64,000 nucleotides of DNA from Candidatus Oxydemutatoraceae bacterium (GTDB taxonomy: Bacteria > Pseudomonadota > Gammaproteobacteria > Poriferisulfidales > Oxydemutatoraceae). The stretch's first letter is position 1, and the number at the start of each line of letters is the position of its first letter. A program made the position numbers and the translations under genes. Location of the stretch: assembly GCA_965218975.1 (NCBI GenBank), contig OZ244717.1, positions 1,984,001 to 2,048,000 of the forward strand, written 5' to 3'. Below, piece by piece: positions 23,043-33,524 of the stretch. The notes beneath the pieces are model-generated. The model ran no database searches. It was not told the origin of the DNA and saw only the letters and a program-made list of their open reading frames with translations.

Positions 23043-24653
23043 ATGAGTACAATAACTAAATTCGGTAGTTCCGCAGAGTATCAATTTGACGTTTTAATCA
23101 TCGGTTGCGGCGCTGCAGGGCTTAGTTTAGCGCTTAAACTACCCGACACGCTGTCAATCGGCCTGTGCGTTAAAGGAGACCTGAAGCAAAGCAGCACATA
23201 CTTAGCACAAGGCGGCATTTCCGCGGTTGTCAGCGATGAAGATTCGCTTGAATCGCATATCGACGACACCATCAATACCGGCGCCGGTTTATGCGATCCT
23301 AAAGTGGTTGCAGCGGTAATTAGTCAAGCGCCATCCACAATTGATTGGCTATGCAAAATCGGAGTGCCTTTTACAACATCACAGGACCAATCCGCCACAC
23401 TGCATCTGCATCAAGAAGGGGGGCACAGCCGAAGGCGCATTGTGCATAGCTATGACCGAACCGGCAAAGCAGTACAAACAGCTTTATATGATTGTGTAGG
23501 TAAAAAAAATAATATCCGCATCATCAATAATCATATTGCCGTCGATTTAGTATTAAATGAAAAAAATGTTTGCGTCGGCGCCTATCTATTCAACTCTGTT
23601 GAACGACAAGTAGAATCGGCGATTGCTCGTATTGTCGTTCTTGCAACCGGCGGCGCGGGCAAAACATATTTATACACGAGCAATTCCGACGGGGCGTCGG
23701 GTGATGGAATCGCAATGGCATGGCGGGCCGGCTGCCGTATCGCTAATATGGAATTCATGCAGTTTCATCCGACTTGCCTCTACCACCAGAAAGCAAAATC
23801 TTTCTTGATCAGTGAGGCATTGCGTGGGGAAGGAGCAAAGCTTCTATTGCCGAACGGCGAGAAATTTGTGCATAAGTTTGACTCACGCGGTGAAACAGCG
23901 CCACGCGACATTGTCGCACGTGCAATCGACTTTGAAATGAAACGACTTGGGCTAAACTATGTTCTCTTAGATATCTCTCACAAAACAAAAGTTTTTCTAA
24001 CCGAACACTTCCCCGCCATTTACCGCCGTTGTCTTAAATTCGGTTATGACCTTGCTAAAGAGGCAATTCCGATAGTGCCCGCAGTACACTATACCTGTGG
24101 CGGCATTATGACTGACCTTACCGGACACACCGATGTTAAAAATTTATATGCGATCGGTGAGACTGCGCATACCGGTTTGCATGGAGCAAACCGAATGGCT
24201 AGTAATTCTCTGCTGGAATGTATTGTTTTTGCGCAATTTGCCGCAGAGTCAATTGCTCACAATATTAATCGGACAAAAACAGCCGGCAATTTCGTCGCCT
24301 GGGATGAAAGTCGCGTTACCTCATCTGAGGAAGAGATAATGATCACACAAAACTGGTCTGAACTCAGACAAATCATGTGGAACTACGTTGGCATTGTACG
24401 CACGCAACAACGCTTAACCCGAGCCCGGCAACGAATCGAATTGCTGCATGCCGAGGTCAACGAATATTATAAAAATTTTCGTCTTAATAAAAACTTAATT
24501 GAACTAAGAAACTTGTGCTTGGTTGCAAGCTTGATCGTTCAATCGGCACTGTCCCGGCATGAAAGCAGAGGATTGCACTATGTCAAAGACTACCCCAATC
24601 TCAACTCGGAACTAAACGGTATTATCACAATATTGAAACCACCTGCTCGCTAA
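23043..24653 (+). CDS. nadB: L-aspartate oxidase
   Basis: GCGAAG, AQGGI, EGGHS, QFHPT, LHGANRMASNSL, ESRGLH. Confidence 0.97.
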   Translation: MSTITKFGSSAEYQFDVLIIGCGAAGLSLALKLPDTLSIGLCVKGDLKQSSTYLAQGGISAVVSDEDSLESHIDDTINTGAGLCDPKVVAAVISQAPSTIDWLCKIGVPFTTSQDQSATLHLHQEGGHSRRRIVHSYDRTGKAVQTALYDCVGKKNNIRIINNHIAVDLVLNEKNVCVGAYLFNSVERQVESAIARIVVLATGGAGKTYLYTSNSDGASGDGIAMAWRAGCRIANMEFMQFHPTCLYHQKAKSFLISEALRGEGAKLLLPNGEKFVHKFDSRGETAPRDIVARAIDFEMKRLGLNYVLLDISHKTKVFLTEHFPAIYRRCLKFGYDLAKEAIPIVPAVHYTCGGIMTDLTGHTDVKNLYAIGETAHTGLHGANRMASNSLLECIVFAQFAAESIAHNINRTKTAGNFVAWDESRVTSSEEEIMITQNWSELRQIMWNYVGIVRTQQRLTRARQRIELLHAEVNEYYKNFRLNKNLIELRNLCLVASLIVQSALSRHESRGLHYVKDYPNLNSELNGIITILKPPAR

Positions 24654-24655
24654 AA

Positions 24656-25213
24656 TCAATCCGATAACCGACGCTTTAGAAAGTGTTCCCGGTAATATTT
24701 CAGTTCGGCAATCGAATCGCGAATGTCATCCAAGGAACGATGCTTGCTTTTTTTGCTGACTTGCAATTCCGGCATCCAGCGTTTTACCAACTCTTTCAGA
24801 GTACTAATATCTAAATTTCGATAATGAAAAAACCTTTCCAGATTCGGCATCAAACGTGCTAAAAATCGGCGATCTTGACAGATACTGTTACCGCACATCG
24901 GCGATTTCATAGGCAATACATAGGAATTTAAAAATTCCAGCGCATGTCGTTCGGCTTGCTGACAATCCAACACACTCTCACGTACCTGCGCAAGCAAACC
25001 GGATTGGGTGTGATGGGATTTATTCCATTCATCCATCCGACCTAAAACGTCGTCCGTTTGATAAATCACAAAAGATGGGCTCTCTGCTACAATTTCAAGC
25101 GCATTATTCGTTACAATTAACCCCACTTCTAAAATGACATCGTTGACCGTATCAAGTCCCGTCATTTCCAAGTCTATCCAAGCAAGGTTATTTTCAATAT
25201 TATTGCGCTGCAT
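24656..25213 (-). CDS. orn: Oligoribonuclease
   Basis: [29 protein letters not shown]. Confidence 0.97.
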   Translation of the reverse strand: MQRNNIENNLAWIDLEMTGLDTVNDVILEVGLIVTNNALEIVAESPSFVIYQTDDVLGRMDEWNKSHHTQSGLLAQVRESVLDCQQAERHALEFLNSYVLPMKSPMCGNSICQDRRFLARLMPNLERFFHYRNLDISTLKELVKRWMPELQVSKKSKHRSLDDIRDSIAELKYYREHFLKRRLSD

Positions 25214-25279
25214 TTCAAACTTAATAAGACCTTATGATAAAGTTACTGAAAATCATTCTAACAGTTTCCGACAAACAAC

Positions 25280-26023
25280 TGTACGATGCCGATACATTCC
25301 GGATTTTTTAGGGTTGTTTGGGATCAACATCCGGCACGGCGGCTGTCAACCTAAACCGGCATGCGGTCGGCGCATATTGTACCACTTCGAATATGACCAT
25401 AAACACTGTCCCGTCCTAGTGGGATATCTTAGGCGCAGACGACGGATTTCCCTAATCAGGTTTGCGGCCGGATAAAATGCGCTGTATTCCGCAGCGTCTG
25501 AATGCCAAAGGACAAACAAAACGACCGTTCAAGCACCGTTGCAGGGCACGCAAGCCGAAACACTTCAAAGCACAGTATCCGGGGCATTGCATCGCCCTGG
25601 ATACGATCGTGTGTTATCAGCACGGAGTGCGTCGCACCATCTTAACGGCCATCAATGTCTATACACGTATGGCAACAGCAGTGGCAACCAACCGCTGTAA
25701 CAGCCGCAGTGCTGCCGCATTCCTGCGCCGGGCAGAATTTCGGCAGCAGTAAAGTCTTTTGAGCTGATGAAACCGTTTTGTGTTTGTTGCCGGATTTTCG
25801 GCAAAGCGTCTGTCGTCCATGACGAGACTTGGTTCTGTCAATGAGCGCCAGCCCCGATGTCCTTGTCGGGTCGTTCGCCGCTGAAAACCGATCGGTTTTC
25901 CGGGCGCGTCTCACCCTGCACCGCCCTCATGCCGGCAACGGACAGAAAGCACCGGTCCGAATGTTACTGCCGAACTCTTCCCTCAAAGTGCTTCAAAAAT
26001 CCCATTTAGGGTGGCATCGTACA
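25280..26023. mobile_element. Hybrid IS481-like remnant (locus B): minus-strand 3' end of one subtype fused to plus-strand remnant of the locus-A subtype
   Basis: Minus 25280-25410 reads LWSYSKWYNMRRPHAGLG*...SGMYRHRT; plus 25470-26023 reads MRCIPQRL...CIALDT...RPHAGNGQK...SHLGWHRT; both ends start TGTACGATGCC. Confidence 0.82.
25812..25918 (-). repeat. Hairpin unit, copy B1 (tail to ~25722)
   Basis: Reverse complement of the unit; antisense to the plus-strand transposase as in the other loci. Confidence 0.95.
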
Positions 26024-26048
26024 AAGACGATAACCTGTCGCGTTCGTG

Positions 26049-26057
26049 TGATATAAT
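26049..26057 (+). promoter_or_regulatory. Extended -10 promoter upstream of the GT2 gene
   Basis: TG-A-TATAAT, 28 bp from the IS end at 26023. Confidence 0.6.
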
Positions 26058-26102
26058 GTTGATCTGATTGTTACCCCATTCCTAGCGGTGTGGTTGTACA
26101 CA

Positions 26103-27269
26103 ATGAAACCGACCAAGCCTATGTCGCATCCTGAGCTGACAGTTTTGATTCCTTGTTTGAACGAAGAGGGCGGAATTGCCGAGTGCGTACTTAAAGCACG
26201 GAAGTTTATACAGAACAATGCAATTAACGGGGAGGTTTTAGTAGTTGACAACAACAGTGACGACCGTTCTCCCGAACTGGCGAAAGAAATGGGAGCAAGG
26301 GTTATTTATATTGTGGACCGAGGTTATGGGAGGGCTCTCATCGGTGGCATTGAAGCGGCTCAAGGACAATTCATCATCATGGGAGATGGCGACGGAACAT
26401 ACGACTTCAATGCGCTGGAGCCATTCCTGGAGAAGCTGCGTAACGGCTATGACTTTGTGATCGGCAACCGGTTTAGAGAAAAAATGCATTCCGGCACTAC
26501 AATGTCGTTGCTGCATCGTATCGGCAATCCGTTGTTGTCGGGTATCGGGAAATTATTTTTTCGTTCGCACGTAAATGATTTTCACTGCGGGTTGCGCGGA
26601 TTCAGAACAGCAAGTGTGCGCGCTCTTGCATTGCAGTGCCCGGGCATGGAATTTGCCAGCGAGATGATCATTAAAGCCGTCTAAAGAAACATGCGTATCG
26701 CTGAAGTACCGACTGTGCTGCACCATGCAACCGATACTCACCGCACCGCTCACTTGAGGACTTGGAGAGACGGATGGCGTCACCTGGTTTTGATGTCGGT
26801 ACTGTCTCCCCGCTGGCTGTTTTTATATCCCGGTTGCATCTTATTCTCGATGGGCGGTTTAATAGCGACGGTTGCTCTTACGGATACTGCAGAAAACAGG
26901 TTCGGGGAATATACCCTGATATTCGGACTCGGGGCTATGACCGGCGGATTGCAAATCGTGGTTTTTTCATTGATAGCAAAGGTTTTTTATGAACGTATCG
27001 GCCTGGCCGTTGAAACACGGTGGCTGAATAGATTGCAACAGTACCGCACGCTTGCAATGAGTCTGTTGCTGGGTTTGCTGCTGCTGCTGCTTGGAGGAAT
27101 AGGCAGCGCATGGAGCTTTTTTATATTGACGCAACTCGTGGAGAGCGATTACGAAATAAGACGGCGTGTTTTAGCTGTTTCCATTATGCTAATGGTCGCT
27201 GGCCTGCAGATTATTTTTTCCAGTTTTCTGCTGACTTTATTGGCGACGCAGAAGCCTTTCAAGAACTAA
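26103..27269 (+). pseudogene. GT2 polyprenol-phosphate glycosyltransferase (DPM1-like, C-terminal TM domain) interrupted by in-frame TAA
   Basis: LIPCLNEE, VVDNNSDD, MGDGD, DFHCGLR, MEFASEM; ...IIKAV*RNMRIAEVPT... TAA 26682-26684 with same frame downstream. Confidence 0.85.
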
Positions 27270-27311
27270 GTCCCCCGTCAATCGTTATCGTAGCGCTGCT
27301 TTATTTATGGT

Positions 27312-27680
27312 ATGAAAACAATCAATTATTTTTATCTGGTTTTACTTCCCCTGCTCTTATCGGGGGGACAGTTTTGCTTCAAGAAAGCGTCAATGTCCGT
27401 CGTCTTCCACTCCTTTACGCGTTTTCTGATCTCGGTCGTCACTAACCAGTATTTTTGGATCGCGCTGTTTATCTATGGCATGGCCACATTATTGTGGTTA
27501 TTTATTTTGTCGCGCGTTCCCCTGAGCAAAGCCATTCCTTTTATTGCGTTGACATACGTGATTGTGCCCGTCATGGCTGCGGTTTTTTTTGACGAGAAGC
27601 TACATTTGATGTACTGGATGGGCGTACTGATCATCATAGCTGGAGTTTATATCGCGGCGTCAAATGTATCTGCCGCCTAA
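27312..27680 (+). CDS. EamA/SMR-type small membrane protein (ArnE/ArnF-like flippase subunit)
   Basis: 122 aa, 4 TM, GQFCFKK, LSRVPLSKAIP, FFDEKL. Confidence 0.8.
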   Translation: MKTINYFYLVLLPLLLSGGQFCFKKASMSVVFHSFTRFLISVVTNQYFWIALFIYGMATLLWLFILSRVPLSKAIPFIALTYVIVPVMAAVFFDEKLHLMYWMGVLIIIAGVYIAASNVSAA

Positions 27681-27771
27681 ACTTGTACGATACCACCCTA
27701 AATGGGATTTTTGAAGCGCTTTGAAGGAAGCGTTCGGCAGTAACATTCGGATCGGTGCTTTCTGTCCATTG

Positions 27772-27878
27772 CCGGGTGAGATGCGCCCGGAAAACCGATC
27801 GGTTTTCAGCGGCGAACGACCCGACAAGGACGTCGGGGCTGGGGCTCATTGACAGAACCAAGCCTCGTCATGGACGAC
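27772..27878 (+). repeat. Hairpin unit, copy C1
   Basis: Same unit. Confidence 0.93.
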
Positions 27879-28121
27879 AGACGCTTTGCCGAAAATCCGG
27901 CAGCAAACACAAAACGGTCCCATAACCGGTCATTGAATGCTTGCATATCGGCGAATAGCAGATCTTCTGCATGATCAATACAATCTTCTTAGACCGTACG
28001 GTTGAAGCGCCGATGTGTGCATTCATTTTCGGACACCTGGGATAGGTCAGCCATTGCTCAATCACGGGTGATTCCCGAATGAGCAGGCAAACTGTCCTTG
28101 AAACTCACTACCGCCGTCCAT

Positions 28122-28228
28122 CAGGATGAGGCGCGCCCGGAAAACCGATCGGTTTTCAGCGGCGAACGACCCAACAAGGACGTCGGGGCTGGTGCTCATT
28201 GACAGAACCAAGTCTCGTCATGGACGAC
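28122..28228 (+). repeat. Hairpin unit, copy C2
   Basis: Same unit, same site as A3. Confidence 0.93.
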
Positions 28229-28313
28229 AGACGCTTTGCCGAAAATCCGGCAGCAAACACAAAACGGTTTCATCAGCTCAAAGACTTTACTGCTGTCGAA
28301 ATTTTGCCCGGCG

Positions 28314-28418
28314 CAGGGTGAGACGCGCTCGGAAAACCGACCGTTTTCAGCGACGAACGACCCGACAAGGATATCGGGGCTGGGCTCATTGACAGAACCA
28401 AGTTTCGTCATGGACGAC
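28314..28418 (+). repeat. Hairpin unit, copy C3
   Basis: Same unit with small deletions. Confidence 0.93.
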
Positions 28419-28763
28419 GGGCGTTTTACCGGGTTGCGGCCGGACGCGCTAGCGCCTCTGGCGCGGTGCTTTGCCGCGGTCATACAAGGTGCGCTGAGTC
28501 CAGTGCGGCGATAACACCGCCGCCAACGGTACAAAGTACTGCGACCGACCTTGAATGCGTTCGAGATTACACCCCTCCCAAAATAATAGGGCATCATATT
28601 TCTATTGAAGTTTAGAGCGCTCATGAGCCTCCATTTTGTTAGCTGAATTGGCTATTTTATAGAAACCTTTGATGCGGTGGCCGATGTGTTGATATTGCAT
28701 ATCGGTCACCTTTTTGAATTAAGCCGTGAGTCCCATATGTATCTGGCACTATACAGTTAAACA

Positions 28764-28867
28764 GGCTATTCTATAGAAACCTTTGATGCGGTGACCAATG
28801 TGCTGATATTGCATATCGGTCACCTTTTTATTGAAAAGTATTTGTCCGGTATGTATCTCACTATGCA
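28764..28867 (-). mobile_element. Extra 5'-end fragment of a related IS copy
   Basis: Repeats GGCTATT.TATAGAAACCTTTGATGCGGT...GATATTGCATATCGGTCACC from 28650-28715; ends in degenerate ...CACTATGCA. Confidence 0.7.
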
Positions 28868-28879
28868 CCGGCCAAGGTT

Positions 28880-29170
28880 ATGAAATACTTATCCGCCATA
28901 CTAATATACATTTTTTTTACAGCAACCGGGTGGGCTGAAAAATTACCTGCACCGCTACACTATACACAAAACTGCATCGCCTGCCACGCACGTATGACCG
29001 GTGGCGACGGGAGCATTCTGTACGGCAGAAAAAATGGGCGAGTGCATAACTTGCAAGCGCTGCGTCAACAAGTTAATTACTGTCGCACATCGCTGAACTT
29101 AGATTGGAGTAAGAGCGAAGAAACGCAAGTCATTAATTATTTAAATCAAAATTTCTATCGGTTCCGATAG
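28880..29170 (+). CDS. Small monoheme c-type cytochrome
   Basis: Signal peptide plus CIACH heme-binding motif. Confidence 0.85.
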   Translation: MKYLSAILIYIFFTATGWAEKLPAPLHYTQNCIACHARMTGGDGSILYGRKNGRVHNLQALRQQVNYCRTSLNLDWSKSEETQVINYLNQNFYRFR

Positions 29171-29184
29171 TCCTCCGAGTCAAA

Positions 29185-29787
29185 CTAGGATGATGAATAA
29201 TCGCGACGTGTGTCAAATGCCCATGAAAGAGTTGTCGCATCAATAAACTCCAGATCACCGCCAATAGGCATTCCTTGTGCCAACCGAGTTACTTTAATTT
29301 TGAATCCCGCTGCTAACTCACTAATGACATGCGCCGTTACATTCCCTTCAACTGTTGATCCGGTCGCAAGCACTAGCTCTTGAACTGCATTTTTCTCCAA
29401 GAGAATTTTTAACATGTCCAATTTAATTTCTTCCGGCCCAATGCCATCAAGCGGCGACAAACATCCATGTAACACAAAATAAATTCCTTGAAAATTCGTA
29501 CTGGACTCTATTGCCGTTAAACTTGCCGGGGTTTCAACAACACATAGCAATTTCTTATTACGTGATTTATCGCAACAGATTGAACAAATTGCTTCTCCGC
29601 TAAACATTCGGCAGTTTTGGCATTCGACAATTTTCTCTAAGGCAGTTCGAATTATCAGTGACAAATGATCTCCTCCTTGACGATCACGTTCAAGCATAAA
29701 ATAAGCAAATCGCTGTGCAGTCCTACGTCCGACTCCCGGTAAAAAAGTAAACGCCTTTATTAACTGTTGCAATAAATCATCTTTCAT
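29185..29787 (-). CDS. recR: Recombination mediator RecR
   Basis: LPGVGRRTAQR, C4 zinc finger, LCVVE Toprim, LSPLDGIGP. Confidence 0.97.
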   Translation of the reverse strand: MKDDLLQQLIKAFTFLPGVGRRTAQRFAYFMLERDRQGGDHLSLIIRTALEKIVECQNCRMFSGEAICSICCDKSRNKKLLCVVETPASLTAIESSTNFQGIYFVLHGCLSPLDGIGPEEIKLDMLKILLEKNAVQELVLATGSTVEGNVTAHVISELAAGFKIKVTRLAQGMPIGGDLEFIDATTLSWAFDTRRDYSSS

Positions 29788-29807
29788 CGCTGATCCGGAG
29801 GCTTCAC

Positions 29808-31529
29808 TTAACCGGCATCGGACTTGGAAGGCTTAATTGAGCCGGGTACGATCGTCGCCCCCATCTGTTTTTGCAACTCTTTGATCTGCGGATTGCTTTC
29901 GATTAATTTACGTACTTGCATATCTTGTTCATACGCTTGACGTTGGTACCGCTGCGCCGGAATTTCTTCTTCAGAAACTCCAACTTTGATTCGTATTACA
30001 ATCTGCCTGCCAAAAAACCGTTTGAACGCTTCCTCAATTTCAGCTTCGCGTTCGCTAGAGCAAAGAGATTCAAACTGAGGATCAACGGTTAAACAAACTT
30101 CCGATGGCGAATTTACCGTAAGCGACGCCCCATAGCATAATTGACGCACCGAATCCTGTAATTGTAATAAATCAATCAATCGAATCCACCCTTCCACGCC
30201 GACAAATGCATCCAATTGCATTGGTGTAACGTTCGTTGTCTTTATTTCGACTGCTTCTTCGGGGGAAGCGGCAGCAGAAGCTGTTGTCGGCGCTTGCGTC
30301 TGCATAACACTCGAAGTCACTACAGGCTTACGATCAGTACATTCGGCACTGCTCTCAGCCATCAATGGGTTCACACTATTTTTAGACGAAACCTGCGACA
30401 CTTTCGAAGTTGACGAGGATGCATTTTCGGTATTGTCTGCATTCGTCAATGGTTTAAAACTAAGCATACGTAACATTGTCATTTCAAAGGCATCCTTAGG
30501 ATCGGGTAAAACCGGTAAATCACGCCTACCTTGAAGAGCAATTTGATAAAATAGTTGCACGTCTTCGGGTGTCAACATTTCAGCAAAGGCAGTCACCTCT
30601 TCCGCTTTGAATCGACCGCTTAAATCAGTCACCGAAGCGGCTTGATAAACAGCGATCTCATGCAACAAAACGATTACATCTCCCAGCAGATTTTCGAAAT
30701 TCACTGCACGAGCGTACAACATTGCAATTTTCTCGAGCAAAGGACCTGATTCATTCTGCACGATCCGACGCAATAATTCCGTCACACAACCATGCGAGGC
30801 GATGCCTAGCATCGCTTCAACTTCAGCAAGCTTGAGTTCACCGTCACCGTAAGCGATCGCTTGATCAAGCAGACTCAATGCATCGCGCACGCTTCCTTCG
30901 GCGGATAAAGCAATTTGGTGTACTGCTAATTCTTCGAATGGCACCGATTCGGATTCGAGTAGATGCATCAAATGCTGTTTTAATTCTGATGGAATCAAGC
31001 GAATCAGGTTAAATTGCAAACAGCGCGATAAAATTGTTACCGGTAACCGCTGCGGATGTGTTGTCGCAAAAAAGAATTTAACATGCTTCGGTGGCTCTTC
31101 AAGTGTCTTAAGCAGTGCATTAAAGCTGTTAGTTGACAGCATGTGAACTTCATCGATTAAGTAAATCTTGAATCTTCCTACCGCCGGAAGGTACTGAACA
31201 TTGTCCAACAGCTCACGCATATCATCAATTCCGGTTCGCGAGGCGGCATCCACTTCAACCAAATCTACAAATTTTCCTTGGTCAATATGGGTACACGACG
31301 AACACTGACCGCAAGGTGTAGCGGTAAGACCTTTCTCACAGTTCAAACACTTGGCAAGAATGCGTGCAAGCGTGGTTTTGCCGACACCGCGCGTACCGGA
31401 AAACAAATATGCGTGATGCAGGCGATTGAGCTGAAGCGCATTGCTTAATGCACGCACCACATGTTCTTGCCCGACAACGGCGTCAAACGTTTTTGGTCGC
31501 CACTTTCGCGCTAATACTTGGTAACTCAT
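29808..31529 (-). CDS. dnaX: DNA polymerase III gamma/tau subunit
   Basis: LARKWRP, GTRGVGKTT, IDEVHML, SRC. Confidence 0.98.
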   Translation of the reverse strand: MSYQVLARKWRPKTFDAVVGQEHVVRALSNALQLNRLHHAYLFSGTRGVGKTTLARILAKCLNCEKGLTATPCGQCSSCTHIDQGKFVDLVEVDAASRTGIDDMRELLDNVQYLPAVGRFKIYLIDEVHMLSTNSFNALLKTLEEPPKHVKFFFATTHPQRLPVTILSRCLQFNLIRLIPSELKQHLMHLLESESVPFEELAVHQIALSAEGSVRDALSLLDQAIAYGDGELKLAEVEAMLGIASHGCVTELLRRIVQNESGPLLEKIAMLYARAVNFENLLGDVIVLLHEIAVYQAASVTDLSGRFKAEEVTAFAEMLTPEDVQLFYQIALQGRRDLPVLPDPKDAFEMTMLRMLSFKPLTNADNTENASSSTSKVSQVSSKNSVNPLMAESSAECTDRKPVVTSSVMQTQAPTTASAAASPEEAVEIKTTNVTPMQLDAFVGVEGWIRLIDLLQLQDSVRQLCYGASLTVNSPSEVCLTVDPQFESLCSSEREAEIEEAFKRFFGRQIVIRIKVGVSEEEIPAQRYQRQAYEQDMQVRKLIESNPQIKELQKQMGATIVPGSIKPSKSDAG

Positions 31530-31556
31530 CCGCACCGTTTATTCGCTGCAAGCTGC

Positions 31557-32336
31557 TTATAAGCCCAACACATCTTCCATTCCATATAAACCCGCAGGTT
31601 TATTATGTACCCATTGTGCCGCACGTGCCGCACCTCGGGCGAAAGCAAGGCGACTCAACGCACGATGTGTAATTTCAATACTTTCGCCATCTAAAGTAAA
31701 TGCAACGGTATGTTCGCCGACGGCATCGCCTGCTCGAATGATTTGGAAACCCAATTTATCTTTCGTTCGCGGAATTGGCATATTACGCAAATCATAAACC
31801 GCCGCGTCCGAGAGGTTTAATCCTAACTGCTCGGCAACAATGCCCCCCATTTTCAAAGCAGTCCCGGACGGAGAATCAACTTTGTTGCGATGATGCATAT
31901 CGCTAATGTCAATGTCGGCAATACCTTTTAATGCGGCAGCGGATTGTTCAATCAGACGAAAGCATAGAGCAACTCCCAAACTCATATTCGGCGCAAATAC
32001 TATCGGAATTACAGTCGCGGCAGATTTAATTTTTGCTTGACCTTGCGCAGAGAAACCGGTCACACCAATAACCATTGATTGGCAATTATCATAGCAAGCA
32101 CTTAGTGTTACGAGTGCGGATTCCGTTAGCGAGAAATCAATTAGTACATCAAAATCCTTATGGATAATTGTTGATGCTTCCAATCGGACATTAGGCATCG
32201 TAGTTTCTGATCCTAGTTGTTGCGAATCGGGGCGGTCATAAGCATGAACAAGCTCGATACCGTCAAACTCTGTCAAAACTTCAATAACCGAACGGCCCAT
32301 TCGACCGTTCGCACCATTCACAGCAATTTTTATCAC
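31557..32336 (-). CDS. dapB: 4-hydroxy-tetrahydrodipicolinate reductase
   Basis: GANGRMG and HHRNKVDSPSGTA. Confidence 0.96.
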   Translation of the reverse strand: MIKIAVNGANGRMGRSVIEVLTEFDGIELVHAYDRPDSQQLGSETTMPNVRLEASTIIHKDFDVLIDFSLTESALVTLSACYDNCQSMVIGVTGFSAQGQAKIKSAATVIPIVFAPNMSLGVALCFRLIEQSAAALKGIADIDISDMHHRNKVDSPSGTALKMGGIVAEQLGLNLSDAAVYDLRNMPIPRTKDKLGFQIIRAGDAVGEHTVAFTLDGESIEITHRALSRLAFARGAARAAQWVHNKPAGLYGMEDVLGL

Positions 32337-32348
32337 AGCATATTCGTA

Positions 32349-33482
32349 TTAAAACGAATGCAGACTGGAAAAAAAACTTTTCACATTATCAAACCAGCTC
32401 TTATTTTTAGGGGAATGCTTTTGCCGATCTTCTTTTAATAAAGCATTAAGCTCTTGTAACAATTTTTTTTGTTTTACAGTTAAATGAACCGGCGTCTCAA
32501 CAACTACTCTGCAAATCATATCACCAACGGCGTGATCGCGCACCGATTGAACTCCTTTCTCGCGTAAACGAAACTGTTTGCCGGTTTGGGTTCCTGGTGG
32601 AACCTTCAATTTCAAGCGACTGGTAAGAGTCGGCACACTTATTTCATCTCCCAGTGCCGCACTGGTAAATGAAATAGGAATTTCCAACAATAAATCGTTG
32701 CCGTCACGCTCAAATACCGGGTGGCGTTCAACCTCAATTAAAATATATAGATTGCCGGCAGGACCGCCACCAAATCCCGCGCCTCCTTCATTCCTTAAGT
32801 TAATCCGATCACCGGTATCAACTCCCGGTGGAATTTTAACTTCGAGCTTCTTATTCCTGTTCACTTGTCCGCTACCACCGCAATCCGGACATTGTTCAGC
32901 AATAATCTTGCCGCCTCCGTGGCAAGCGTTACAAGTCTGCTGCACTGAAAAGAAGCCTTGTTGAAAACGCATTTGACCGGAACCGTTGCAAGTTGTGCAA
33001 GTCTTATAGCGGTTATTTTTAGCGCCTGAACCGTTACATGCCTTGCAGGCACAAGGTAAACGAACATTAATAATACGTTCGACACCTCGAACCGCTTCTT
33101 CAAGCGTCAATTTAAGATGATATTCGTAATTCCGCCCTTGGCGAGCTGAACCATGTTGCTTCCCACTAAAAATATCGTTTCCGAAAATGTCATCAAACAC
33201 ACTGCTGAAATCGCCGAAACCACCGAAACCGTGGGCATCGCTTCGGCTAGAATAACCACCTCGGACTTCATCATGACCATATTGGTCATACACGGCACGT
33301 TTCTCATAATCCGATAAAACTTCGTATGCTTCTTGCGCCTCTTTAAACTTTTTCTCAGCGCTTTTATCAGCCGGATTGCGGTCCGGATGATATTTCATTG
33401 CAGATTGACGATATGCTTTTTTAAGTTCCGCTGCAGTTGCATTTTTGGAAACACCTAATACCTCATAGTAATCTCTCGGCAT
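32349..33482 (-). CDS. dnaJ: Chaperone DnaJ
   Basis: HPD J-domain, four CxxCxGxG repeats. Confidence 0.99.
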   Translation of the reverse strand: MPRDYYEVLGVSKNATAAELKKAYRQSAMKYHPDRNPADKSAEKKFKEAQEAYEVLSDYEKRAVYDQYGHDEVRGGYSSRSDAHGFGGFGDFSSVFDDIFGNDIFSGKQHGSARQGRNYEYHLKLTLEEAVRGVERIINVRLPCACKACNGSGAKNNRYKTCTTCNGSGQMRFQQGFFSVQQTCNACHGGGKIIAEQCPDCGGSGQVNRNKKLEVKIPPGVDTGDRINLRNEGGAGFGGGPAGNLYILIEVERHPVFERDGNDLLLEIPISFTSAALGDEISVPTLTSRLKLKVPPGTQTGKQFRLREKGVQSVRDHAVGDMICRVVVETPVHLTVKQKKLLQELNALLKEDRQKHSPKNKSWFDNVKSFFSSLHSF

Positions 33483-33524
33483 GCTCCTTCCTGCTTATTG
33501 CACAATTTACGGTACGACCCTACG

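Larger units (their letters stand above)
27684..28755 (-). mobile_element. Internally deleted IS481-like element (locus C, same subtype as A) with 3 hairpin units
   Basis: Ends TGTACGATACCACCC and ...TGGCACTATACA; colinear with 13073-14767 but missing the central transposase. Confidence 0.85.

Noticed and set aside
27076-27093. CTG repeat as a contingency locus
   Set aside because: Short in-frame poly-Leu run in a TM helix.
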